A DNA stretch of 64,000 nt, from the IMG/VR virus record IMGVR_UViG_3300033070_001161, positions 17,222 through 81,221 of that record; one strand, given 5' to 3'. Position numbers and translations under genes: made by a program. Below, in pieces: positions 50,657 through 60,512 of this stretch. This DNA comes from a virus (taxonomy: Duplodnaviria; Caudoviricetes). Each line of letters begins with the position of its first letter. The first letter of the stretch is position 1. The notes under the pieces were generated by a model. It did no database searches, had not been told where the DNA came from, and saw only the letters and a list, made by a program, of their open reading frames with translations.

Positions 50657-51636
50657 ATTACTCCTTTATTAATTAAACATTGTTTCCATGCATCCTTTCC
50701 AAATCTTTTTTCTAAACTATAAGGATCGTTTATATCTGGAAGTAAAGATTTTGGAGGATTTACCCAATTCCATCCATATTCTCGTGTAAGAAGAACTGAT
50801 TGCTCAACTCCTTGAGGATCAGAGCCAAATGCCACCCATATATTATCTGCAAGATTATTAATTTGATCTGCTACAGACATTGTTATTTTTGCACTTTCAT
50901 TTTGTGTTGCTATAACACATTCTGTAAATACAGAAGTACAAAGTAAGTCTTTCATGCTTTTTATAAGAACAAGCTTACTACAATGTCCTATATTATTAAT
51001 ATTCCATAGATAGTTATTAGGTACATTTCCTCTAAATCTCTCACCTTTCTCTCTTTGTGGAAAATATATCTTCACTTTATCAATATCTTCGGCATAATAT
51101 GCAAATACCACCTCATTATCACCAATTCTTATTCTTCGTCTATTAATGGCTAACTCTTTGACAGCGAATGTGTTATATTTCCTTGCGTGTTGTTCATCTA
51201 CATCTGTACCTTCCCAGAATTGATAATGTTCTTTCCTCCACTTTCTTTCAGAAAATCCAATATGTACCTCACTAGGTTCATACACTGGAGCTTTATCTAT
51301 AATTTGTACAGGACAATATTCTTTTGTTGTTTGAGATATTCCCAAATCCTGACATATCTTATCAATAGCTTCTCTATGAGATAAAGAATACTTCTTTTTT
51401 ACAAATTTTAAAGCATCACCAGCATCATCATTTGAGAAATCTTTATACATCCACACATTATCTCTAAAAAAGATAGTAAATGAAGGATGGCGATCTCGCC
51501 TAAGAGGACTTGGAAAAGCCCTACTCACTGGAAATTTACCAATTTCAATAAAAAATACATCCCATCCACCACTAGTGATAGACAGGATGTATTCCCATGT
51601 TATAGGAGATTGTTTTATTTCTCCTTTTGCTCCCAT
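50653..51636 (-). CDS. DNA primase (DnaG/Toprim-like, crAss type)
   Basis: SPLRRDRHPSF...YKDF...GD..FV N-terminal module, KIYFP, KSMKD and FGSDPQG Toprim-like motifs. Confidence 0.8.
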   Translation of the reverse strand: MGAKGEIKQSPITWEYILSITSGGWDVFFIEIGKFPVSRAFPSPLRRDRHPSFTIFFRDNVWMYKDFSNDDAGDALKFVKKKYSLSHREAIDKICQDLGISQTTKEYCPVQIIDKAPVYEPSEVHIGFSERKWRKEHYQFWEGTDVDEQHARKYNTFAVKELAINRRRIRIGDNEVVFAYYAEDIDKVKIYFPQREKGERFRGNVPNNYLWNINNIGHCSKLVLIKSMKDLLCTSVFTECVIATQNESAKITMSVADQINNLADNIWVAFGSDPQGVEQSVLLTREYGWNWVNPPKSLLPDINDPYSLEKRFGKDAWKQCLINKGVI

Positions 51637-51637
51637 T

Positions 51638-52042
51638 TTAAATGTATTTTTTTACCATTTTCTGAATAAATGAATCAATATCTTTTATATCACTATCAAT
51701 AGTACCAATATGAATATCGTCTATTATAGTAGATAAGCTAGGTACGGGTTTTATATAACTAGTCTGTAAATATAGCTTAATTTTGGAAATAAGACTATTA
51801 TCAAATGATTGATAATATGTAATCTTATAATCATCTTTAAACTTTTCAGTTAGCATTTTTTTTAAACCTTGTATCTCTTCATCTATTTTACTTTTTTGAC
51901 GAACTAATTCACTAATTCTATCAATTCTTTTGGTTAGAAAATCTTCGTCCTTTTTTGGAAGTTGTTTCCTTGGGGATTCCGACAAAAGACGATCATGTAT
52001 CCTTTTAGCTAATGCTTTTGTTTGATTACTATTTAATTTCAT
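51638..52042 (-). CDS. Hypothetical protein
   Basis: 134 aa intact ORF. Confidence 0.55.
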   Translation of the reverse strand: MKLNSNQTKALAKRIHDRLLSESPRKQLPKKDEDFLTKRIDRISELVRQKSKIDEEIQGLKKMLTEKFKDDYKITYYQSFDNSLISKIKLYLQTSYIKPVPSLSTIIDDIHIGTIDSDIKDIDSFIQKMVKKYI

Positions 52043-52054
52043 AATATTTTAATT

Positions 52055-52975
52055 TTAATAATCATCTCCTGTTTCAGATACAGGTTGTTTTGTTGTTTGA
52101 CTAGCAGCTACATCATCAGCCGGATCATATTCAGATACAGGTGCTAATGGAGCATATCCACTTGGGGGATAGTTTTTATGTGTTTCTTTATATTTATTCC
52201 AACGAGTTGTCATAAATCCTTTAGGAAATTGACAATTATTGTTAATAAATTTAACACTGTCTTTGCTCAATGTAGGCACTCCAAAATTATTGTTTGGAAT
52301 CCATAATTTTTCATAATGTTCTGTACCTTCTTTAGAAGTAGCTACTTGTAACATTACGACAAAGGGACGGAATAATTCACTTGTTAAATCTGCATAAAAT
52401 TCTTGTACATTTCCAGTGAACAATTTTTTGTAATTATAAGAAAGTTCAGCCGTAGGTTTATCATAATCTAAAGCCAATGCCTCTCTCAAAAATCGAACAA
52501 GCATATCTTCACCTTTCAAACATTTTCTAAATGTTTTCTTATCATCTGTACTCTCATACCTTTTCTCATCATCATTCCATTTTTGGAAATATTTAAACCA
52601 ATCAGGAAGTTCGTCTTCAGATGGTGCTTTTACCAACTGGCCCACTTGGTTTACAAATACATACAAATCGGGATTACCATCTTTACCCTCAAGAATAGCA
52701 GGTGTATTCTCTAAAAAAATACGATGTTTACGAGGTGTGCTATCTTTAACATTTATTCGATAATAAATATCAAAGTTAAGCTTATCATCACCTGCATCAT
52801 TTTTACCTGTATACTTTATGTCTTCACTTTCATCGGTGAGATCATAATTATACATTTTAGCCTTTTCCTCTTTTGTTGGATTGATTGCTACAATCTCCTC
52901 AACTAGGGCTAATCCTGCATACACTTTAAATCCATCTAACGCCTTACTTTGTTTTACATCTCCTTTTGCGCCCAT
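52055..52975 (-). CDS. Putative single-stranded DNA-binding/annealing replication protein
   Basis: Lies between the AAA ATPase and primase. Has YAGLA...AINPT..E, VNQVG, and an acidic-aromatic tail (ETGDDY). Inferred from context. Confidence 0.5.
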   Translation of the reverse strand: MGAKGDVKQSKALDGFKVYAGLALVEEIVAINPTKEEKAKMYNYDLTDESEDIKYTGKNDAGDDKLNFDIYYRINVKDSTPRKHRIFLENTPAILEGKDGNPDLYVFVNQVGQLVKAPSEDELPDWFKYFQKWNDDEKRYESTDDKKTFRKCLKGEDMLVRFLREALALDYDKPTAELSYNYKKLFTGNVQEFYADLTSELFRPFVVMLQVATSKEGTEHYEKLWIPNNNFGVPTLSKDSVKFINNNCQFPKGFMTTRWNKYKETHKNYPPSGYAPLAPVSEYDPADDVAASQTTKQPVSETGDDY

Positions 52976-52999
52976 AATTTTTTTCCTTTTCTTTTTTTT

Positions 53000-53665
53000 T
53001 TATGAATAATATTCGTTTATTTTATCAACAACAATTTGTAAGTTGTTGTCTATCTTTAAATCTGTAAACATATCAATAGGTGATTTTGCAGGATATTTCT
53101 TATATCTATTTGTAGCAAAGAAATATTCAGTTTTATCTCCTTTTGATTCAGTGAGCGCATATAACACCACTGTAAATAATCCTTCCATCTTGATTTGAGA
53201 GTCAATCATTTTACCAGCAGTTTTCAGCTTGTAATTTACTACTTCTCCGCTATCTTCTACTTCTTCTAAATGTGAAAAATAGAAAATATTCAAATCTTCT
53301 CTCAACTTTTTAGCTTCTTGGATAAGATTTACCATATCCTGAGCCATCACTGAAAACTTAGTGTATCCTACTTCAGTGGCTTTAGATACAAGATTAAAAG
53401 CCATGATGTAGTTACCATCTTCAATAATAACATTTTTGATGTGTGTAGCTTTTTCAGAAATCGTCCTTAACAATTTCAAAATTTCTTTGGCATCACTTAT
53501 ATCTTTATAGTTCTTATTTTCAGAATTATAAAGTTTACCACTACCTCTAAAAGGTAATTCCTTTCCAGCTACGTTAATAATGTACGTACTCTTAGAATCT
53601 AAATGTTTGATACTTGTGGACTTACCACTACCAGTATCTCCGACAATTGCAATTACTTTACTCAT
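53000..53665 (-). CDS. AAA-family ATPase (Sak4/AAA_24-like)
   Basis: IAIVGDTGSGKSTS, KELPF, IIEDGNY, KTAGKMID...EGLFTVVL, AKSP..MF. Confidence 0.85.
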   Translation of the reverse strand: MSKVIAIVGDTGSGKSTSIKHLDSKSTYIINVAGKELPFRGSGKLYNSENKNYKDISDAKEILKLLRTISEKATHIKNVIIEDGNYIMAFNLVSKATEVGYTKFSVMAQDMVNLIQEAKKLREDLNIFYFSHLEEVEDSGEVVNYKLKTAGKMIDSQIKMEGLFTVVLYALTESKGDKTEYFFATNRYKKYPAKSPIDMFTDLKIDNNLQIVVDKINEYYS

Positions 53666-53688
53666 TATATTTTTATTTTTGTACAAAT

Positions 53689-54378
53689 TTAGTCTAAATC
53701 TATAATATTTCCAAAAGAAGTTAGTCCTTTATCAAATCTTCCATCCTCTACACAAGTTGCATTTGAAAATATAGTGGGAATACCACTAAATGCAGAAACA
53801 CCCTGATTATTAATATCTTTAAAATTATGTATATGTCCAAAACACATAAGTTTAGGTGTTGTTTTATATACAGCCTTTAATAAAGACCTATCCCCACAAA
53901 ATTCAAGTTTGTTATCTATACTATAAGATAAATCTCTCACCCCCCTAGGAGGCCCATGTACTATAAGTACATCAAGTCCTTCAGGAATTGCTTCCCAATA
54001 TCTTCCTATTTTATCACGAGCTTTCATAAAACTCCATTCTCCATATGTAGGTGTATAAGGACTACCAAATATATATAACCCATTAAGATATTTAGCTTCA
54101 TGTTCTAAATAACTAATACCAACATCTTCAAATTGCTCCTTTTTTATAATTTTTCTCTCAATACTAGTATCGTGATTACCAGCTACAAATATCTTATATT
54201 TTACAGGAATATTCTTATACCATTCTATAAAATTCAATACTTCTTCTTTATTTTTATAAGTATCTCTATAGTTAGAACAATCTCCTGAATGTATCACCAT
54301 ATCTATTCCTTCAAATCTATGATCTGGAATCAGCTTATGATTTGCATGTGTATCACTAATATGCAGTATTTTTGTCAT
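53689..54378 (-). CDS. Calcineurin-like metallophosphoesterase
   Basis: ISDTH, HSGDC, AGNHD, VHGPP and FGHIH motifs. Confidence 0.9.
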   Translation of the reverse strand: MTKILHISDTHANHKLIPDHRFEGIDMVIHSGDCSNYRDTYKNKEEVLNFIEWYKNIPVKYKIFVAGNHDTSIERKIIKKEQFEDVGISYLEHEAKYLNGLYIFGSPYTPTYGEWSFMKARDKIGRYWEAIPEGLDVLIVHGPPRGVRDLSYSIDNKLEFCGDRSLLKAVYKTTPKLMCFGHIHNFKDINNQGVSAFSGIPTIFSNATCVEDGRFDKGLTSFGNIIDLD

Positions 54379-55510
54379 AATCTTTTATATATTTATTATC
54401 AATATGTTGTAATGCTTTCTTCAAATATCTTTCATCAGCAGTGCTTTTACAATAAAGAATATATAGTTCTGGACTATCTGCTCTCATTGATCTACCTGTC
54501 TTTTGAATAAACGAATTTCCATCATCTTCTCCACTATCAAGCTGTACTACTATTCCAGCTTCTATATCTTCAAGGTTTAATCCCTCTCTTCCCATATTGT
54601 TTACATATATATCATTAATTTCTAATGAATTAAATGCTTTTAGTGTGGTGAGATTGTGCTTTTTCCCTTTTTTGGAATGTATCGCATGATTCCCACCTAA
54701 TTCATCAGCTTGTTCAATGCTACCTGTAAAACAAATAAATCGTTTACCGTATATTTGATTAATTAATTTTTTTGTAGCTTCTGTTTTTAAGGATGCTAAA
54801 AATTTCTTTCTAATGCTCCCTAAAGCTACCATTTTTCCGATATTCCATTCTTCTCCAGTTTGTGCATATCGTGTTTGCCAATACTTTATATCTTTATCAA
54901 GCTTATCAGAGTATTGTCTATCTGTAAGTTGAAATGCTTTTTTTGGTACGGAATTACGTTTAATTTTATCGTCTACTTCTATAGAAATCAAGTAGATAGA
55001 CGGCTCTGGTAATATACCTTCTGCTATTGCTTTTTTTAATGATATATCATATTCCAGATAAGGATATATATCAAAAAGTCTACTTTTTACAACATCTGGT
55101 ATTTTAGCCCCATCTGATATAATTTGATCAAATTTAATAGTGGATATAATATCTTCACGTAAATCACTCACTTTTTGAGCTTCATTTAGGGCTAGATTTA
55201 AGTCTCTATTTTTAAAATTAACCAAACTAGCATAACATATTATCCCTTCAAGTTTATCTTTAAGTTTTTCAGATAAACCGTATTTCTCTATTTCTTTATT
55301 CCAGTTTTCTACTTGTAATACTTCAGGGCATACTATAAGCCATTTTTTCTCACTTTTCGATGCTAATATACATCGTAATACAGCAAGTCCCTTACCACAC
55401 CCTGTAGCCCATTGTAGTAATAAATGTCTATGTTGTAAACTTAGTTCTTCTGCAATATACTGAATTTCAGCCTTTTTCTTATTGCTTATTTCTCTATTAA
55501 AATCAGTCAT
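54356..55510 (-). CDS. Superfamily 2 helicase-like protein
   Basis: WATGCGKG (Walker A), NEAQ at the Walker B position, MGREGLNL and IQKTGRSMR. Confidence 0.8.
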   Translation of the reverse strand: MTDFNREISNKKKAEIQYIAEELSLQHRHLLLQWATGCGKGLAVLRCILASKSEKKWLIVCPEVLQVENWNKEIEKYGLSEKLKDKLEGIICYASLVNFKNRDLNLALNEAQKVSDLREDIISTIKFDQIISDGAKIPDVVKSRLFDIYPYLEYDISLKKAIAEGILPEPSIYLISIEVDDKIKRNSVPKKAFQLTDRQYSDKLDKDIKYWQTRYAQTGEEWNIGKMVALGSIRKKFLASLKTEATKKLINQIYGKRFICFTGSIEQADELGGNHAIHSKKGKKHNLTTLKAFNSLEINDIYVNNMGREGLNLEDIEAGIVVQLDSGEDDGNSFIQKTGRSMRADSPELYILYCKSTADERYLKKALQHIDNKYIKDYDKNTAY

Positions 55511-55664
55511 TTGTTAAAAAGTATGTGTTACTAAAGATATCTTTGTAGTTTTCTCCGTTCCAATTTTCACGAATATATGAACTTTTAGGCAATTCTTTAA
55601 AAATTCCACATTCTCCCTGAAAAGCTGTACCTATAGATGCATCATCAATACCGTAACTATTTTT
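55503..55664 (-). CDS. DnaB-like helicase, exon 2
   Basis: Translated by hand as KNSYGIDDASIGTAFQGECGIFKELPK...TND*. Not in the ORF track. It joins exon 1 in frame to give IKVL/KNSYG. Confidence 0.85.
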   Translation of the reverse strand, partial: KNSYGIDDASIGTAFQGECGIFKELPKSSYIRENWNGENYKDIFSNTYFLTND

Positions 55665-55832
55665 CAATTTGTTATCATAGAGTTGTTTATCTCTATATCT
55701 GTATTTTATTTTGTTATATATACAGTTCAGACTATATCATCACCCGATTTTAAGGGTGTCGGACGCTCGTGTTAACTTCATCACCGTTCTGGTGGTATGT
55801 TATTAGTCGTTGAACCTTCTAAATATTCCTAT

Positions 55833-56627
55833 TTAGCTTGGCTGCTGATTGTCCTCTTCAGGATTTTCCAGCAATTCATCCGATTTTTCAATGCTCATTT
55901 CTAAGCAAAGTCTCATAAATTCACTAATATTTTTATTTTTAGAACATCTTTGATATTTTGAAATTTTAAGTGGATATATATTATTTTTTGGTTTTGTAAA
56001 CCATTGAAATCCGCCAGCTTGATATCTATCTCCTGAACAACATAAATATATTTGAGAGTATGCTATACCTAGTTCTTTTTTTACATAAATGGGTGATTTC
56101 CATTCTTTTATAAAGTTACCATTTAAAGAATATTGTAATATATTTTTTTTGGTTCTAGCTTCTGCACTTTTCTTAATATTTTCATCTGTCCATAAATAAT
56201 CCATCTTGTATTCTCTTTTTTTATTTGCTTCAATTAAAGCAATTTTAGTGTTTGGATGAATTTTTTTACCTTTTTTAGACATAGATAATTTTAATCTTGA
56301 TTCATCAGACCATTTATAACCTGATGTATTTTCTAAATTACTGGCTTTATTATATCCATAATTTCTATCTAATGCGTTATATTTATCTATATAAAACTTT
56401 TCTCTAATCAATAGAATATCATTTTCACAAATTTCTAATATTACAAATATAAAATTTTTAATTCCATATTTATTAAAAGAATGTTGTAAATGAGTACTTC
56501 CATGTATATTATTGTTTAATTGACTTCTATGTAGTCGAATTCTACTTAATATATCTTTAGAACTACCAATATATACTTTTTTATTAACTAAGTTTTCTAT
56601 TTTATAAATTCCGCATAATTTTTTCAT
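55833..56627 (-). CDS. Intron-encoded GIY-YIG homing endonuclease (NUMOD3/NUMOD1-type tail)
   Basis: GIYKIENLVNKKVYIGSS, YGYN, KWSDESRLKLS, ILQYSLNGNFIKEWKS. The 3' end runs into the intron core. Confidence 0.9.
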   Translation of the reverse strand: MKKLCGIYKIENLVNKKVYIGSSKDILSRIRLHRSQLNNNIHGSTHLQHSFNKYGIKNFIFVILEICENDILLIREKFYIDKYNALDRNYGYNKASNLENTSGYKWSDESRLKLSMSKKGKKIHPNTKIALIEANKKREYKMDYLWTDENIKKSAEARTKKNILQYSLNGNFIKEWKSPIYVKKELGIAYSQIYLCCSGDRYQAGGFQWFTKPKNNIYPLKISKYQRCSKNKNISEFMRLCLEMSIEKSDELLENPEEDNQQPS

Positions 56628-56631
56628 ATAT

Positions 56632-56663
56632 CAAAGATATACTAAAGTATTGATATTACCAAA
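56632..56663 (-). promoter_or_regulatory. Intron-internal consensus Bacteroidota promoter for the endonuclease
   Basis: TTTG (56663-60), a 20 nt spacer, TATCTTTG (56639-32), then 4 nt to the ATG. Confidence 0.8.
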
Positions 56664-56672
56664 TTTTCTTTT

Positions 56673-57596
56673 AAGAACTTTGATATTTCTAAAATACTTA
56701 TGACCTGTATCTGGCGATTTAAACGTTGATACATCACCATAAAATTTATCATTTGTATTATATCTCAAAGGATCAAATACACTTATTACTACATCTGCTG
56801 CCTCCGCTGTTGTACCACTTTCTTTAGCGTTATCTAAATGTGGCTCAAAGCTATCTAATTTTGTATAAATTGGACTACTTAAATCCCTATTCAACTGATT
56901 TACAGCTATTTCCGACCAACCAAGATGATCCCTGAAATATTGAAAATTCTCAACAGTACGATCAATTGCTTGTTTTTTAGTAGGATAATCTTTTCCCACT
57001 TTTACTAATCCAAAGTGATCACCTGCTACAATAACATCTTCGTTCGGATCAGAGGGAATATATATTTTTTTAAATTCACTCACTTTTTCCTCTTTTCCGT
57101 GTGTTTCTGCATATTCCTTACCTATTCTAAATATATCATTAGGACTTCTACCCCCTTCATATAGGTCTATTCTGCTTTCAAGAAATACAAAGTAATCCTC
57201 GTATTGATCTATAAGTGATAGGGCTTCATCTGTTAGCTTATCTCCATACCAGTTCATCATTGTGTGCATTGGAATTATCTTTCCTGTATCAAGAAATATA
57301 CGCCTTATGAGCCATTTAGCATGGATATAGGTTTTACTTCTTTCCATTGAAAAAAGTATGTATTTTAGCTTCTTATCAGTGTCTTTTACTTTAGATAAAG
57401 CTTCTAAAGGGTTGAGAATGAATGCATCATATAACAAACTACTCTTTCCTGATCCACTAGACCCCATAATTACATAGAACATCTTTTTTCTCAAAGAGAT
57501 ATATCTATCCAATCTAGGTAATCCCAAAGAATATCCTTTATTTTTACCATCTATACCATCTTTTATAGCCTGTTTTAAATCTCCAAAAAAACTCAT
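56673..57596 (-). CDS. DnaB-like replicative helicase, exon 1
   Basis: VIMGSSGSGKSS, FSMER, VAGDHFGL, IAVNQLNR, AEAADVVIS and NIKVL. The spliced product is 361 aa. Confidence 0.88.
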
Positions 57597-58204
57597 ATTT
57601 CAAAGTCTCCTCCACTCTTAGCGGTTTTTTGTTTTTCTTTATACAATTTAATATAAGGCTCAAAATATCTTTCTCTTAGATATCTTTCAGAATTTGGAAT
57701 AAAACTCACCTGATTTTCTCTACGTTTTAAACTTAATTCCATAGCCGTTTGTAAGTGATGTTTTGTTGCCAATATAACATCGTCAGGATCGAATTCTGAA
57801 GAACACATTACATTAAATAATCGCTTACATTCATCTTTTTTAATACGTTTGTTTTGTGTTCCTTTAAAGTCAGTATTTTGAATTGTAAAATTATTTGTAG
57901 CGGGATAAGTTTCCCACCACTCATCGAATTTCTCACCATTCACTCTAGGTCTTTTTCTGGTTTTTACTTCTGTAACCACCTCATTTTTCATAGATTCATA
58001 TAATTCTTCTCCATATGAAGTAAGATTATTATGTATATCTATATATCCTTTACGCTGAAGACGCTGAATGAATGGTAGAAATTCCTCATTATCAATATCT
58101 TGTTCCTCTTTAATCATTTCAAGAATGAACATGCAATCAAGAGGTATTTTCTGTTTACATAGTGACGAATAGTGTGCTTGTGTAAAATTAAATAGTTTAG
58201 TCAT
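57593..58204 (-). CDS. Putative replication initiator/helicase-loader-like protein
   Basis: N-terminal wHTH-like LQRKGYI and FDEWWETYP...NSERYL. Coupled to the helicase gene. Confidence 0.5.
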   Translation of the reverse strand: MTKLFNFTQAHYSSLCKQKIPLDCMFILEMIKEEQDIDNEEFLPFIQRLQRKGYIDIHNNLTSYGEELYESMKNEVVTEVKTRKRPRVNGEKFDEWWETYPATNNFTIQNTDFKGTQNKRIKKDECKRLFNVMCSSEFDPDDVILATKHHLQTAMELSLKRRENQVSFIPNSERYLRERYFEPYIKLYKEKQKTAKSGGDFEI

Positions 58205-58206
58205 AT

Positions 58207-58416
58207 TTAAAATGGAAGGGGTTTATCCTTCACTGCAAATTTAGGGTTATTTATTCTATTTTTCGTTCTGATTTTATTAAAAAATAACCTCTTTTTTGCA
58301 GAATCATCTTTAAATCTTTGTAAATATTCAATTTCCTTATTATATATTTCCTCTTGTAAATCAATACTATCTTGTAGTTCTTCTTCTCTCACTTGTTCAA
58401 ATAGTTGTTTATTCAC
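58207..58416 (-). CDS. Small hypothetical protein
   Basis: 69 aa ORF with a GTG start. Confidence 0.5.
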   Translation of the reverse strand: MNKQLFEQVREEELQDSIDLQEEIYNKEIEYLQRFKDDSAKKRLFFNKIRTKNRINNPKFAVKDKPLPF

Positions 58417-58573
58417 GTTTATTTTATTAAATCTTTAGTGTAAAATATTACCGGAAACATTCTAAATAAATAATAAACTATTTTATAATCCCACCCACTT
58501 AAAATCATTCTTCCATCTGGAATGTCAGTTAATATTTGACAATATTTTGTTGGAGATAATTTTATCATAATAT

Positions 58574-58891
58574 TTAATTTAAAAATTCATTACCTATATC
58601 AACTCTTATATTTTCAGGTTTTATATAAATATCAATATGTTGAAATGCATAACGTGTAATACAATAAGCATATTTAACACCCATTATTTCAGCTATTGTA
58701 TGATGTCCTCCATTAAGTGTATCTCCACCGAGATATAAAAATCCATCAGAAGATTTAACTGATCCACGATAATCATTTATACATCCTACTATTGAAGGTG
58801 AGTATTTATTACCGTTTCTAGTAAAAACTGTCTGCCCATCATATTTTAATAATTCATCGTATGATTCTATTTTAATATAGTTCATTTTCAT
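58574..58891 (-). CDS. Hypothetical protein
   Basis: The ATG at 58891 avoids overlap with the upstream gene. Ends GNEFLN. Confidence 0.55.
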   Translation of the reverse strand: MKMNYIKIESYDELLKYDGQTVFTRNGNKYSPSIVGCINDYRGSVKSSDGFLYLGGDTLNGGHHTIAEIMGVKYAYCITRYAFQHIDIYIKPENIRVDIGNEFLN

Positions 58892-58895
58892 AATT

Positions 58896-59219
58896 TTAAT
58901 TAATAAATAATGTATCGGCTTCAATAATGTTTTCAAGAATAGCTAATTTCAATAATTTAGGAAAATCCCCACTGTAAGGTATACCTTCCTTAGTAATTGC
59001 ACAACACCATGATTTTTTCCATCCTTTTTTATTACGTGATGGTGGTTCTCCACCAGCATCACCTACATTAAAAAGAACAAAAAATCTAATATATTTCCTG
59101 TCATAATCTTCTATAGAAGTTATTTCTGCATCTTGTTCTTTACTTTTAGCACCCAGTTTTAATCTCACTTTTGATCCTTCCGTAAAGGTTTGTCCATTAT
59201 ATATAAATGTATTTTCCAT
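58896..59219 (-). CDS. Hypothetical protein (possible SH3-like beta fold)
   Basis: 107 aa, ends DTLFIN. Confidence 0.55.
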   Translation of the reverse strand: MENTFIYNGQTFTEGSKVRLKLGAKSKEQDAEITSIEDYDRKYIRFFVLFNVGDAGGEPPSRNKKGWKKSWCCAITKEGIPYSGDFPKLLKLAILENIIEADTLFIN

Positions 59220-59226
59220 AAATTAT

Positions 59227-59508
59227 TTAATTTAAAAATAAAGGTTCGTTATCAATTGATTTATCTAAAACAAAATGTAAAAATTCTTCTCTTGTTATTT
59301 TTTCAGCACCTATTTTTATGTCTGAAAAAGAATGATGTGTTTTTCTATCAGTTCCTATCTTAACACCTTCGTTATTATGTGAAGATATGTGTTCAAAGTA
59401 ACCACTGTTATATGCCGTACAATGATCTAATTGGCTATCAAACCAACTACCAGCTTCAGGAACTTCTGTGGTATTTATATACCACATATTAGGCAATGAC
59501 TCTCTCAT
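59227..59508 (-). CDS. Hypothetical protein
   Basis: 93 aa, ends EPLFLN. Confidence 0.55.
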   Translation of the reverse strand: MRESLPNMWYINTTEVPEAGSWFDSQLDHCTAYNSGYFEHISSHNNEGVKIGTDRKTHHSFSDIKIGAEKITREEFLHFVLDKSIDNEPLFLN

Positions 59509-59846
59509 TTGTAATAATTTAAAATATTATCAAAATTTATAATTTCTCCAGAAACGATATTTCTAGTTCTCCATTCTCTTCCTTGTAAATACGGAGATGT
59601 ATATTCATGCCGCATTTGACTTAATATATGATCTCTTGCTCCTGATGGTGTTCTAAATTTAGAATTCCATGAGTTTTGAGTCCAATCTTCTGTATATTCT
59701 TTTTTGGACATCCATCCTTTAGGATATTTCTCGAAATCTACACGAGAAATCCATTTATATTCTATCACCCAATTCTTTTGTTTCTTCTTTTTTGAAGGAG
59801 CACCAGCATCTATTTCTCTTATAATTCGTTTTATATATCTTTTCAT
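59505..59846 (-). CDS. Hypothetical protein
   Basis: 113 aa ORF coupled to its neighbours. Confidence 0.55.
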   Translation of the reverse strand: MKRYIKRIIREIDAGAPSKKKKQKNWVIEYKWISRVDFEKYPKGWMSKKEYTEDWTQNSWNSKFRTPSGARDHILSQMRHEYTSPYLQGREWRTRNIVSGEIINFDNILNYYK

Positions 59847-59849
59847 AAT

Positions 59850-60512
59850 TTAGAATAAATTAATTTGATTGGGGTCTTTTTTAATATTTTTTGGTTTTTT
59901 ACCAGTACTAAGTCTATATATGAGTTTTCTAATCTCATCTACATACCATTCTCTATCCACTTTTTCTAAATGTTCTTTATGTGTACTAGGTAAAAGACTA
60001 TTACATATAATTTTTTTATATTCAGCAGGTCTAATGTTTGCATCAGAGGCATTTGTATCGTTATCTTCCCGAACAATCTTCATCACTTTCACACCTTGTT
60101 TAGATACATAATACCTAATAAGCTTAGGTAGGGATTTCCATTTTCTTTCTCCTACATCATAATATTGATGATAATATGTGTCTCCTGCTGTACTTCTTCC
60201 ACAAAAATGAAATATATTATCAAAAGAATTTACAAATTCTTCTGGTTCTATACCATTTATAAAATATTCAGATAAACCTAAAGGTATCACCCTAAAGCTC
60301 TTATTTTTGTGTAACTCTGTATCTATGAGAAAATCACCTTTTCTTTTTACTTCACCATCCATCTTAACAGCTAAATAATCATTTACTGTTAAAAACCACA
60401 TATGTTTAAATTCTGCAAACTCTAACGCATATTTTGTTAGTTCGCACCATTTATTACATATTTCATAAAAGCTATCAACTTCTGTACGTTTTACTAAGAA
60501 CGTAGCACCATC
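59850..60512 (-). CDS. Family B DNA polymerase, exon 2
   Basis: Begins DGATFL, the second half of the NTDG motif C. Contains VNDYLA and KRKG.F. Confidence 0.88.
   Translation of the reverse strand, partial: DGATFLVKRTEVDSFYEICNKWCELTKYALEFAEFKHMWFLTVNDYLAVKMDGEVKRKGDFLIDTELHKNKSFRVIPLGLSEYFINGIEPEEFVNSFDNIFHFCGRSTAGDTYYHQYYDVGERKWKSLPKLIRYYVSKQGVKVMKIVREDNDTNASDANIRPAEYKKIICNSLLPSTHKEHLEKVDREWYVDEIRKLIYRLSTGKKPKNIKKDPNQINLF

Larger units (their letters stand above)
55665..56672 (-). mobile_element. Group I self-splicing intron (1008 nt) in the DnaB-like helicase gene, carrying a GIY-YIG ORF
   Basis: The 5' exon ends in U and the intron ends in G. Core elements on the - strand are AAATCGGATGAATTGCTGGAA, AATCAGCAGCCAAGC, GGTTCAACGACTA and GATGATATAGTCTGA. 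A P2 hairpin GCTTA-GAAA-TGAGC is present. Confidence 0.92.

Noticed and set aside
56631-56672. KRKFGNINTLVYL* as the real helicase C-terminus
   Set aside because: This is intron sequence read in frame; the conserved-looking C-terminus is in exon 2 at 55503-55664.
58422-58570. Possible small ORF in the gap upstream of 58416
   Set aside because: An open stretch of about 50 codons exists on the - strand, but it has no convincing start codon at its 5' end and no motif.
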